Below, piece after piece: positions 36,945-45,542 of a stretch of 64,000 bases of DNA. The stretch covers positions 167,754 to 231,753 of the forward strand of contig CAWHVC010000004.1 of NCBI GenBank assembly GCA_963832745.1, given 5' to 3'. A program made the position numbers and the translations under genes. The notes under the pieces are model-generated. The model made no database searches. It was not told the DNA's origin and saw only the letters and a list, made by a program, of their open reading frames with translations. How positions within the stretch are numbered: the stretch's first letter is position 1; each line of letters begins with the position of its first letter. The stretch comes from Candidatus Bathyarchaeota archaeon (GTDB taxonomy: Archaea; Thermoproteota; Bathyarchaeia; Bathyarchaeales; Bathycorpusculaceae).

Positions 36945-38527
36945 ATGGCTTCGAGAAAAAACTAGAAAAGAACTTTGAAAGAATAGAAAATGCTGTAACT
37001 AATCAAACAAAACATCGTAAAAAACTAAGCTTCAAAAATCTTTTCCCGTTAGTAGCTGGTGGGGTGGCTGTCTTCCTGCTTATGGTCAGCATGGTTGTAG
37101 TTGCTCCTTACATGTTCCTCTTAGATGTCCCCCCAACCGACACTGCACACGTTTACACCACGCAAGAAGCTGAAGGCAGAAGCCTTTACATGAGTTTAGG
37201 TTGCTTCTACTGCCATTCTCAACAAGTTCGAGCCTCTGACTGGGGACTAGGCAATGTTTCTCAAGAAGGCGACTACGTGTATGACAGCCCGAACTCTTTA
37301 GGAACAGAAAGAACTGGTCCTGACCTTGCTCAAATAGGCGGTATGCGTCCAACTGCTTGGCATCAAATGCATTATAGAGATCCAAGAAGCGTATCTCCCG
37401 GTTCAATAATGCCCAACTTTGAATTCCTAACAGACCAACAAATCGATTCCTTAATCACCTACATACAGAACCTCGGTCAAGAAAACCTACAAGTTCAACA
37501 ATCAATAACTAACGGCTCCGCCTATCACCCGGTAGTTCCTGAAGAATACATAAACGCAACCAACCAGTTTGAACCAATGTATCTAACCGTTTTATCACAA
37601 TATGATGCAACAAATGATGTTTACAATGGCAATGCCTCACTTGCAGATCAATGGGCTGCGATTTATGACGTTGCCAAAGCCGATTACACCCAACGATGCT
37701 TACCTTGCCATGGCTGCTCTGGAAATGCTCAGGGCCCATACGCTCGGCATGTGGTAACTCAACCCGCTAACCTGCATGAAAGAATCGCTACTTTTCCAGG
37801 TGATAACTATCATATCTGGCGAGTGAGTGAAGGTGTGCCTGGAACTGCAATGCCTGCATGGAAGCTTTCTCTAAACAGCACCGAGATTCAGTTAATCGCA
37901 ATTTACGAAATGAGCTTTGTTTTTGGTTCAGCAAGAACTTTTCCAGGAAGCACCTCAGACGATGAAGGCGACAATTACGCATTGACTGTTTTGAATACGC
38001 CGCCAATAAGCGGTACTCAGCAAGATTTCCAGTCAGGACAAGACATTTTTAATTTATACTGCGCTCAATGTCACGGTTCAGATGGTCAAGGTGACGGTCC
38101 AGCATCCATCAATGTTCCTGGCGGATATATCAGCCCTGCTCCAGCCAACTTTACAGAGTCAGGAAGCGACTTCCAATATTATGGCAGATACGTCTGGAAA
38201 GTAAAAGAAGGAGTAGAAACGACCAACATGCCACCATGGAAATACGCCTTATCAGACAACGAAATCTACCAAGCAGTCTTATACGTTCAAAGCTTTTCAA
38301 CAGCACAAGATTACAATTCAAAATGGGCACCACAATACACAGACCCCTATGCAAGAAACCTCAAGATTAACGCTGCATCAAGTAGCTTCACAAGTATAGA
38401 AACTAACCCTGTTGCCGTAATAGCGGTATTGTCCGCTGCTGTGCTTTGGAATCTGCAGGTAAATCGCCAAATTTTACGAACCAAAAATTTAACCTGTTTT
38501 TTACGTTTTAGGAGGAACCTGAAGTGA
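36941..38527 (+). CDS. Tri-haem cytochrome c: CcoO (FixO) domain fused to a CcoP-like dihaem domain
   Basis: ATGA overlap with ccoN. N-terminal TM. CcoO block GRSLYMSLGCFYCHSQQVR...GTERTGPDLAQIGGMRPTAWHQMHYRDPRSVSPGSIMPNF. Then CLPCHG...GTAMPAW and CAQCHG...TNMPPW, followed by a C-terminal hydrophobic segment. Confidence 0.85.
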   Translation: MNGFEKKLEKNFERIENAVTNQTKHRKKLSFKNLFPLVAGGVAVFLLMVSMVVVAPYMFLLDVPPTDTAHVYTTQEAEGRSLYMSLGCFYCHSQQVRASDWGLGNVSQEGDYVYDSPNSLGTERTGPDLAQIGGMRPTAWHQMHYRDPRSVSPGSIMPNFEFLTDQQIDSLITYIQNLGQENLQVQQSITNGSAYHPVVPEEYINATNQFEPMYLTVLSQYDATNDVYNGNASLADQWAAIYDVAKADYTQRCLPCHGCSGNAQGPYARHVVTQPANLHERIATFPGDNYHIWRVSEGVPGTAMPAWKLSLNSTEIQLIAIYEMSFVFGSARTFPGSTSDDEGDNYALTVLNTPPISGTQQDFQSGQDIFNLYCAQCHGSDGQGDGPASINVPGGYISPAPANFTESGSDFQYYGRYVWKVKEGVETTNMPPWKYALSDNEIYQAVLYVQSFSTAQDYNSKWAPQYTDPYARNLKINAASSSFTSIETNPVAVIAVLSAAVLWNLQVNRQILRTKNLTCFLRFRRNLK

Positions 38528-38676
38528 ATATTGACATGTTGATATATACTATAGGCGCTTTTCTCATTACTCTAATAACGGCTGGTTTTGTAGTTTGGGC
38601 TTTCAAGACTAAACAGTTTGAAGCCAACGACTTTTTACGTTACATGCCACTTGAGGAGGACGCAGACGAAGAATGA
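38524..38676 (+). CDS. Small single-TM protein, CcoQ/CcoS (FixQ/FixS)-like. Below the ORF-track size cut-off.
   Basis: AGGAGG at 38512-38517, then GTG 38524 (or ATG 38536). MLIYTIGAFLITLITAGFVVWAFKTKQFEANDFLRYMPLEEDADEE resembles the ...WA.k.GQ(F/Y)DD....R.l.DD pattern. Its stop overlaps the next start (ATGA). Confidence 0.6.
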   Translation: MNIDMLIYTIGAFLITLITAGFVVWAFKTKQFEANDFLRYMPLEEDADEE

Positions 38677-38963
38677 CGTGGCCATTTTACTTAACTGCAT
38701 ATATTGTCTATCTTGATCCAACTTACGTTTACTTTACGTTATTCTTAATTGCAGCAGTTTCAATTGTCATCTACTTAGTTGTCAGAAGTTCGAACGATTT
38801 CTCAGTTGAAGAGACCGAAAAAAACTCTGAAGATTTTGCCGGAGAAGTTCGTGACTCAAACGGTCCAGTGACCAAATGGCTCTGGGTAGTTTATGCTGGA
38901 TTAATAATTTGGGCATTAGCTTATTTGGTTCAGCATTGGAGCGAATTTGCGGTTTTCCCATAA
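38673..38963 (+). CDS. 2-TM protein resembling the N-terminal membrane domain of CcoP (FixP_N-like)
   Basis: GEVRDSNGPVTKWLWVVYAGLIIWALAYLV parallels the CcoP N-terminal motif DGI.E.DNPLPRWW...FYATI.fA.gY. Confidence 0.55.
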   Translation: MTWPFYLTAYIVYLDPTYVYFTLFLIAAVSIVIYLVVRSSNDFSVEETEKNSEDFAGEVRDSNGPVTKWLWVVYAGLIIWALAYLVQHWSEFAVFP

Positions 38964-39025
38964 AATCTATTTTTTCAATTTCTACCTGCGCGCTTTTTTT
39001 GATTTCAGAAAACTAATAAATTGGT

Positions 39026-40351
39026 TTGTTACGTTACTTTCAATGGTGTCCTTGTTTGGTTACTGAAAAAGTTACTCGATTTTACGGCTGCCAATTAACC
39101 ACTACTCATTCAGCAAAACAACATAAACTAAGCAAACTAATCGCTTGGCTTTCTGATAAAGAAGCGCCAGACCGAGAATTTATTTCTCTTTACATTCCCC
39201 CGCATATTTCAATAGAGCAAGTGGTAGCAAACATCAAAAAAGAAGCAGAATCAGCAGTTCTTGACTCAAAAAACGCTACTGACCGCCTACAAACCGCAGT
39301 AAAAAACATGCTCCAACATGTCAAAGCAAAAACTGAGTTGCCGGAAAACGGCTTAGCCATTTTTGCAGGAACTTTCCTTGGGAATAACCAAGATAAGCCT
39401 GTTTTAAACGTGGAAGAACTTGTTCCACCTCAACCGATTGCGACGTATCTTTGTAAGGCCGATAACCAGTTCGAGTTAGAACCACTGAGGCAAATGTTAA
39501 GAGATGAACGTATTATTGGTTTGATTTCGTTGGATTCTAAACAGGCAAGTTTTGGGTTGGTTGTAGGTGAACGTTTTGAGCCTCTGAAAAGCATTTCTTC
39601 GGGGGTTATGGGAAAAACTGGTAAGGGTGGCCAAAGCCAGAGACGCTATGAAAGGGAACGTGACATGTCTATCGGTTTCTTTTTTCGCCGAATCGCAGAG
39701 CACGCGACAAAAGAGTTTCTTGAAAACCGCAGCATTACCTTGCTAATAATCGGCGGGCCTGGACAAACAAAAAATGATTTTCTAAAAGGTGATTACCTAA
39801 ATTACATGTTAAAAGATGCTCTTTTTGGCATGTTTGACGTTCAATCAGCAGGTCCAGAGGGCGTCAGGGAAATTTTTGAAAAATCATCTGATAGCCTAAA
39901 AAATGTTTGTTTGCCGGTTGAGCGGAAAGTTATGCAGCGGTTACAGATTGAACTTAACAAGGATGCAGGGTTAGCCATAACCGGTTTAGACCCAGTGCTT
40001 GAAGGCTTAAAAACTGGCGAAGTTGAAGTGGCACTTGTCACGGACTCAACTGATCTGATACAAGCAGATGCTACATGCAAAAAATGTGGTTTAACAAAAA
40101 ATGAACTGCTGCATAAGTCATACATTCAGGGTCTGCAGGAGTTCCTTTCAACGCCCTGTACCCGTTGCAACGCAGTGGATTTCGAGTTGGCTGAAAAAGA
40201 CATCATCGACGTCTTAGAAGACTTGGCTGCACAAACAAAGGCAAGCGTTGAAGTGATATTTACAGGGTCAGACGAAAAGGCGCAGCTTACTACTCTGGGC
40301 GGATTTGCAGCTTTACTAAGATATCGCTCTAACAATGAGGGCCTAGCCTGA
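39026..40351 (+). CDS. prf1: aRF1/eRF1-family peptide chain release factor with divergent stop-codon-recognition motifs
   Basis: FISLYIPP, GKGGQSQRRYERER (GGQ at 39626-39634), C-domain with CxxC...CxxC mini-domain, C-terminal LGGFAALLRYR. The NIKS position reads LDSK. The start is uncertain (TTG 39026 or 39056). Confidence 0.75.
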   Translation: MLRYFQWCPCLVTEKVTRFYGCQLTTTHSAKQHKLSKLIAWLSDKEAPDREFISLYIPPHISIEQVVANIKKEAESAVLDSKNATDRLQTAVKNMLQHVKAKTELPENGLAIFAGTFLGNNQDKPVLNVEELVPPQPIATYLCKADNQFELEPLRQMLRDERIIGLISLDSKQASFGLVVGERFEPLKSISSGVMGKTGKGGQSQRRYERERDMSIGFFFRRIAEHATKEFLENRSITLLIIGGPGQTKNDFLKGDYLNYMLKDALFGMFDVQSAGPEGVREIFEKSSDSLKNVCLPVERKVMQRLQIELNKDAGLAITGLDPVLEGLKTGEVEVALVTDSTDLIQADATCKKCGLTKNELLHKSYIQGLQEFLSTPCTRCNAVDFELAEKDIIDVLEDLAAQTKASVEVIFTGSDEKAQLTTLGGFAALLRYRSNNEGLA

Positions 40352-40405
40352 AAAGCGTTAAACAAAAAAAATAAAAGGGGATTATTTGGGGCCTATTTTT
40401 TTATT

Positions 40406-43003
40406 TTAGGGTTTTCTGTAGAGTAATGCGCCGACTATTGCTACAACAACCATTACTGCTATACCCATAGCTACAATGGTCATTGTGTAGTCTGGTACCG
40501 AAATTTCCTGTTGCTGGCTTGATGGTGATGGTTGTGCTGCGCCTACCACTACTGAAGTTGATGCGGAAGAGCTGCCGTACGAGTCGTCGCCCATAAAGGA
40601 TACAATAATTTGGTAAGTTCCTTCCAAGTCTGGTGTCCAATCAATGCTGAAGGTTCCATAGTAACCGTTGGTTGTAACTTGGCCAATGTCTACTGTGTTT
40701 CCATTGGGATCAATAGCTGTGAGTATTACTTGAACGCCGTCTATTGTTTTATTATTCCAGATTCCGCCAATTGGGTACTGTAAATGCAAGTACTCCATTT
40801 GTGTCGACATTGAATCTGCAGAAACGCACGGTGTGCCTGGCTGCGCTGGTGACATGTCTAAAACAGTGCCCTTGATTACTACTCCGTTGCCTTTTGCAAT
40901 TACAATATCTGGAGCGGTTACGGTGGTTTGGGTTTCGCCTTTGCCGAAAACAAATTCATAGCCGTTTCTTGAGTCAGCTGCGGCCAAGTATCCATCTGCT
41001 AAACCGCCAATTGCCATGGGGTTTGCTATTCGCCAAATTAGCTCGCCAGTTGTAGCGTTGATGCATAAAGTTCCCCAACCTCTTGTCAAGGGTTGGCTTT
41101 CAGTATGTTCAGTGTTGTATGTGTACATTTTGCCATCCACAATCTGGGCGCCAGTATTAATCGAGTATACAGTTGTTCCGTTTTTGTCTGTGTAAGGGCT
41201 TTCGTACATACTTAATGCATAGTCAACGTAATGCCAAACTATGCTACCATCAGTCCAGTCAAAAGCGTAGACGCCGTCGTATGCTTCGCGGTATAACATG
41301 CCGTAAGCTGATTGTATAGCGTAGGCTCCGAATGCTGGCTCAGCCCATGGGTAATCCATTGCTTCACCTTTCCACGCTAGATTGCCTGTAGCTAAATCCC
41401 ACGCCATAAAGTATCCGCCCATCATCAGGACTGCCACTTTGCCATGATCAGCTACACACACTGTCATGCTGTAGCAAGTATCTTTAACGGTTGTGTTCCA
41501 AAGTACTGCTCCAGTGTATAGATTGAAGCCTACAACGTTTGTTCCATACCATGCGCCGACTTCCGGGGGTGTAAGTGACGTAACTGTTGCGCCATAACCT
41601 GTTTGCCAATCTATTAATGAAGGCAAACTAGCACTCGCATATGAGGTGTTGCTTATTATTCTTGAAGTAAAGTTAGTTGATGAACCTTTTGTAGTCCAGT
41701 TAATCAGCCGATAGTTAGGGTTAGCTGCGTTGCCAGCATTTTGGACACTTAAAACGTAGCCGTCCATCTGATTGTATAGTGTTCCACTGGTTAAAGGTGC
41801 AATTGAAGTATTGAGTGTCAAAGCGCCCGTGGCTGGATTCCATTTGTATAGACGACCGTTGCTTATTGTTAGCAACTCTATTGAGTAAGTTCCTACGGCT
41901 GCTGCTCCAGGTACTTCTAAGTTGCCACTTTGCGTGTAAACTATTGTGTTTGGCACTAAAGCAGTTGTGAACATCATTCCAAACATTGAAGCTGTCGTTG
42001 TTGCTGCAGGCTGTTCAAAGTAGACTTCTCCAGTGCGTAGATCACTACATCGCCAATATGTTGCCCCGTTTTCTCCAGGTTTAGTATAACTGTCATAAAC
42101 TTTTCCTGCATAAATCAAGTTAATGCTGCCGGGGCTGCTGGTTGTGGCTAAATTACCTGCTGGTCCACCGATTAAGCCTGCTATTGTATCTGAACGCTTC
42201 CAGACTATGTGCCCAGTTTCTGGTCCTTGAACCCATGGATGAAAATTGTATTGTGCACTCCACATTGGATTGGTGTCTGGGTAAAGCATGTCCCACATTG
42301 GACCGCCACCTTGATAGCCTGTGCCTGGATAGTTGCCAAGTATTGGCCACCATTCTCTATTTTCTAGTGCTACGGGTCTTGTCCAATAGTCTGTTGGTAA
42401 TGGTGATTCAGGCCATGGCCAAACTGGGTCTTCTTGTACTGTTAGGGTTTGTTCTGCAGTTGAGCTTGGTTCGTAGTAGCAATCTCCGTTGAAGCTTACA
42501 TAGCCTGAACCGAAAACTGCTCCTGGGTCTGCTGTGTAGTTTCCTGCCGGGAAGTATCCGCCTGGGAATTCAAATTTAAGTTTCCATTCACCGAGTTGGT
42601 CTGGTGCAAATTCAAACCAAGCGGTAGTGTCAGCTTCATAAGAATCCATCACTCTTACGTCTGTGTGTCCTTGGGGGTCTGTGATTGTCACTTTGTAATC
42701 TGACATGTATCGGCTAACATGTGTTGCTGGGTTAAGCCAAACGTTGACTAGGACTGTTTGGCCTTTGCCGACTGGGTTTGGTCTAAAGCTTAGAAACGCG
42801 TGAGTTTCAATGGTTACGTCTGGAGTTATGCCTGATGCTAAGGGTCCTGGTATTGAACCGCCTTCTTGCAAGTTTGTTGGTGTAACGCCGGGTGGTAAAA
42901 AGGTTGATTGTGCTTGTGCTGGCGTTAACATTGCTATGGAGGAAATGATGAGAATTGCGGTGATAATCATTGAAAAGGTTGCTTTTTTGATAATTTTCTG
43001 CAT
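40406..43003 (-). CDS. Large secreted surface protein with a PQQ-like (BamB-type) beta-propeller and C-terminal TM anchor
   Basis: Signal peptide MIITAILIISSIAMLTPAQA. Repeated propeller motifs (DGVYAFDWTDGSIVWHY, YFMAWDLATGNLAWKG, LCINATTGELIWRI, VGFNLYTGAVLWNT). C-terminal TM IVAMGIAVMVVVAIVGALLY-RKP. Confidence 0.75.
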   Translation of the reverse strand: MQKIIKKATFSMIITAILIISSIAMLTPAQAQSTFLPPGVTPTNLQEGGSIPGPLASGITPDVTIETHAFLSFRPNPVGKGQTVLVNVWLNPATHVSRYMSDYKVTITDPQGHTDVRVMDSYEADTTAWFEFAPDQLGEWKLKFEFPGGYFPAGNYTADPGAVFGSGYVSFNGDCYYEPSSTAEQTLTVQEDPVWPWPESPLPTDYWTRPVALENREWWPILGNYPGTGYQGGGPMWDMLYPDTNPMWSAQYNFHPWVQGPETGHIVWKRSDTIAGLIGGPAGNLATTSSPGSINLIYAGKVYDSYTKPGENGATYWRCSDLRTGEVYFEQPAATTTASMFGMMFTTALVPNTIVYTQSGNLEVPGAAAVGTYSIELLTISNGRLYKWNPATGALTLNTSIAPLTSGTLYNQMDGYVLSVQNAGNAANPNYRLINWTTKGSSTNFTSRIISNTSYASASLPSLIDWQTGYGATVTSLTPPEVGAWYGTNVVGFNLYTGAVLWNTTVKDTCYSMTVCVADHGKVAVLMMGGYFMAWDLATGNLAWKGEAMDYPWAEPAFGAYAIQSAYGMLYREAYDGVYAFDWTDGSIVWHYVDYALSMYESPYTDKNGTTVYSINTGAQIVDGKMYTYNTEHTESQPLTRGWGTLCINATTGELIWRIANPMAIGGLADGYLAAADSRNGYEFVFGKGETQTTVTAPDIVIAKGNGVVIKGTVLDMSPAQPGTPCVSADSMSTQMEYLHLQYPIGGIWNNKTIDGVQVILTAIDPNGNTVDIGQVTTNGYYGTFSIDWTPDLEGTYQIIVSFMGDDSYGSSSASTSVVVGAAQPSPSSQQQEISVPDYTMTIVAMGIAVMVVVAIVGALLYRKP

Positions 43004-43130
43004 TATTTGTTTTTCTCTCCTAAAAATATTTTATAAAAATCTATATGTTGCTTTCTCCTTTTAAGCTTTAGCGATAGCTTTAAATGCGATTTGCGCCAAT
43101 TTCATGGGCATGTTTTGTATTTTAAGCGAT

Positions 43131-43154
43131 GCAAATACTTTAAAACGTATTTGC
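43131..43154. promoter_or_regulatory. Perfect 8-bp inverted repeat GCAAATAC-N8-GTATTTGC in a divergent intergenic region (candidate operator)
   Basis: Seen directly. Related half-sites (gcgatttgc, gcgatagc) lie just upstream at ~43070-43100. Confidence 0.3.
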
Positions 43155-43331
43155 TCGATGTTAACCGGGTCTTGTTTTTGAAACTTAGCATATGCCTACA
43201 ATTTCAATTGTTGATGTAAACTGTTCGAGACAACCCTTAGGATGAAAATTTTTCACCAGTCCATATCGTATCAATAGTTTTATAAGATTGGTTCATGCGT
43301 AAAAACTGCTTATGACTAGGGAGATTTCACC

Positions 43332-44006
43332 GTGAAAAGTATCAAAAACATCCTCGTAGTTGGAGAAAAAAACATCTTCGGCGAAATTGCCCAAATCATA
43401 ACTGTTGCCCAGGAAACAAACGAGATACTATATGAAATGCTCGGTGAATGTAAAAATGAGCAAACCCTTGACCAAGACATGCAAGCAATACGTGTCCTCG
43501 AGAAAAAATCTGACGACATCGCCTTCAAAGTTAACGAGGATATAACAACCGGCGCGGTTAGCCCAAGCATTATTGATAACCTTTTAAAATGCGTAGGCGT
43601 TGCCGACGATATTGTTGACAACTACTATTACCAGAGTCGCCAGCTTAGCCGTATGTGCAAAGCCAAATTTCCCTATTCCGATGCGCCTCAAGAAGCTGAA
43701 TGGATTAAACTTTTCAAAACAATGCTGGATTTAGCAGGTCAAGCTTTAGTTAAAGTTAAGATGACCCTGTCCTTGTCTGACTTGTCTGAAATTTTGAAGC
43801 TTAGAAAGGAAATAGAAGAATTAGAGCAGCAGGGTGACGACATAAAAGACAAGGGCTTTGACTGGCTCTACCATGAAGCCCCCCGAATGCATTACCTGCA
43901 ATTCTACCATTACAGTGAATTGCTGCATAAATTTGACGATATCCTTGACGGTTGCGAAGACCTTTCAGACCTGATTTTATCAGTTATAACATCAATCCTA
44001 AAGTGA
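43332..44006 (+). CDS. DUF47 / PhoU-like accessory protein of PiT phosphate transporters
   Basis: Helical protein with a conserved partnership immediately upstream of a PiT-family gene. GTG start. Confidence 0.65.
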   Translation: MKSIKNILVVGEKNIFGEIAQIITVAQETNEILYEMLGECKNEQTLDQDMQAIRVLEKKSDDIAFKVNEDITTGAVSPSIIDNLLKCVGVADDIVDNYYYQSRQLSRMCKAKFPYSDAPQEAEWIKLFKTMLDLAGQALVKVKMTLSLSDLSEILKLRKEIEELEQQGDDIKDKGFDWLYHEAPRMHYLQFYHYSELLHKFDDILDGCEDLSDLILSVITSILK

Positions 44007-44013
44007 GATTGTC

Positions 44014-44916
44014 TTGATTCTTGAAGTCTTGCTTGTAGTTTTGGTTTTTCTTGCCGTTGCATTAGTTGCAGGAAATAATCTTTCTGCTTGTGTGGGACCT
44101 GCAGTTGGTGCACGGATAATTTCTAAACGTACAGGCGCATTGTTGGGACTTACAGGTTTTTCGGCTGGTTTAATAGTGCAGGGTTCAGGCATGTCTCATT
44201 CAGTGGCTACTTTGTTGCCTAACTCGACAATTGAGCTTCAAGTCATCGCGTTGCTAGTTGCTACTGCTATTTTTGGGGTTGCAAATTATGCGAGGGTTCC
44301 ATTATCCTTAAGCATGTCGCTTGTAGGGTTGCTTGCGGGCTTATCATTTTCCCAAGGAATTACAACTAGTTTAACCTACCTTTCTGGGGTTGCTTCAATG
44401 TGGTTTATTGCTCCCGCGGTGGCAGCGCTCATCTCGTTTTACATGATACGAATCATAAATAAACGAAAAGTGATTGATATTTGGCGTAGAATACGTTTTT
44501 ACAAGGCATTGCTAATCGTGCTCTCATTTACGACAGCGTTCGGTTTGGGCGCTAACACGTTGGGTTTGATTGTGGCAACAGCAGGCTTTAACCTAATAAC
44601 TGTGGCTGTTGCTGTGGGCGGAATTTTTGTTGGCACATTTTATCTTGCTGAAGGTTCAATCCGTAGAATGTCACAAGAGTTTTACTTAATGCGGTATTCT
44701 AACGCTGTTGTTGTTCTTGCAACCTCAACAATTTTGGTGGAATTGGCGGCTTTTCTGAATATTCCGTTATCTAACACGCAGACAACTGCTGCAGCGGTTT
44801 TCGGAACCGGCGTTTCCTACAAAGCGAAGTTTATGTCGTTAAAACCATTTCTGGTTATCATTGCAGGTTGGGTTTTAGCGCCATTGCTCAGTTTCTTGAT
44901 AGGCTGGATAATTTAA
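44014..44916 (+). CDS. PiT (PHO4) family inorganic phosphate transporter-like membrane protein
   Basis: N-terminal VALVAGNNLSACVGPAVG (degenerate GANDVAN-type motif) and a second-half repeat LGANTLGLIV. ~9 TM. Confidence 0.65.
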   Translation: MILEVLLVVLVFLAVALVAGNNLSACVGPAVGARIISKRTGALLGLTGFSAGLIVQGSGMSHSVATLLPNSTIELQVIALLVATAIFGVANYARVPLSLSMSLVGLLAGLSFSQGITTSLTYLSGVASMWFIAPAVAALISFYMIRIINKRKVIDIWRRIRFYKALLIVLSFTTAFGLGANTLGLIVATAGFNLITVAVAVGGIFVGTFYLAEGSIRRMSQEFYLMRYSNAVVVLATSTILVELAAFLNIPLSNTQTTAAAVFGTGVSYKAKFMSLKPFLVIIAGWVLAPLLSFLIGWII

Positions 44917-45072
44917 GTAGCGTTAAATTTTAAGTTGTTTTAGGCAATTGTTATGTTGCTTTTTCTGGTTGCTGCTCTTTTTGAAACTGATATTTTCATG
45001 TTTATCACTGCCGATAAGCCGAGAAATAAGCCAGTTTTTATGGTGAGAAGACAAAGCCGTCAGCATTGACGC

Positions 45073-45360
45073 TTATTTTTTGAGCATTTTTAGAAAGTCG
45101 TCAATTGGTTTTGCAGGCATGCTCATTATATGAACGGTTCCTCTTGAGCCTAACTCGATTGAGACGCGTGTGATTGTGTCATTGTCTGGAGCTTCGACTA
45201 TGCTGACAAAATCGTATCTGCCGATTGTTGCATATTGTTCGAGGACTTTGGCGCCGAGTTTTTCAACTTCTTTATTAACTTCTTTGATGCGGTCAGGGCG
45301 TTCTTTGATTGTTTTTCTGCCTTCAGAAGTGAGGGTGGACATCATAATGTAGATTGCCAT
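45073..45360 (-). CDS. GYD-domain protein
   Basis: YIMMSTLTSEGRKTIKERPDRIKEV...ATIGRYDFVSIVEAPDNDT is the family pattern. Confidence 0.75.
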   Translation of the reverse strand: MAIYIMMSTLTSEGRKTIKERPDRIKEVNKEVEKLGAKVLEQYATIGRYDFVSIVEAPDNDTITRVSIELGSRGTVHIMSMPAKPIDDFLKMLKK

Positions 45361-45542
45361 TAAAAATTCCTCAATTAAAATGAGGTTTCATAATGATTTA
45401 AGGTTTTTTACAATGGGTATTGTTGCTGTTTAGTGCCTGTTTGGTTTATACTGTGTTGATTGGTGCGAATAATTTTTATTATTTATTGTTTGATATAATC
45501 TTAATTAGGTTAAGTGAGAAGTACTATATTGAGGAAGATTTT

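Noticed and set aside
39026-40351. The idea that the divergent aRF1 signals a reassigned stop codon in this genome.
   Set aside because: TAA, TGA and TAG each terminate a conserved ribosomal or DNA-binding protein gene at the expected C-terminus within this window (6165-6167, 6500-6502, 6663-6665). No conserved gene shows an in-frame stop. A genome-wide analysis is still needed.
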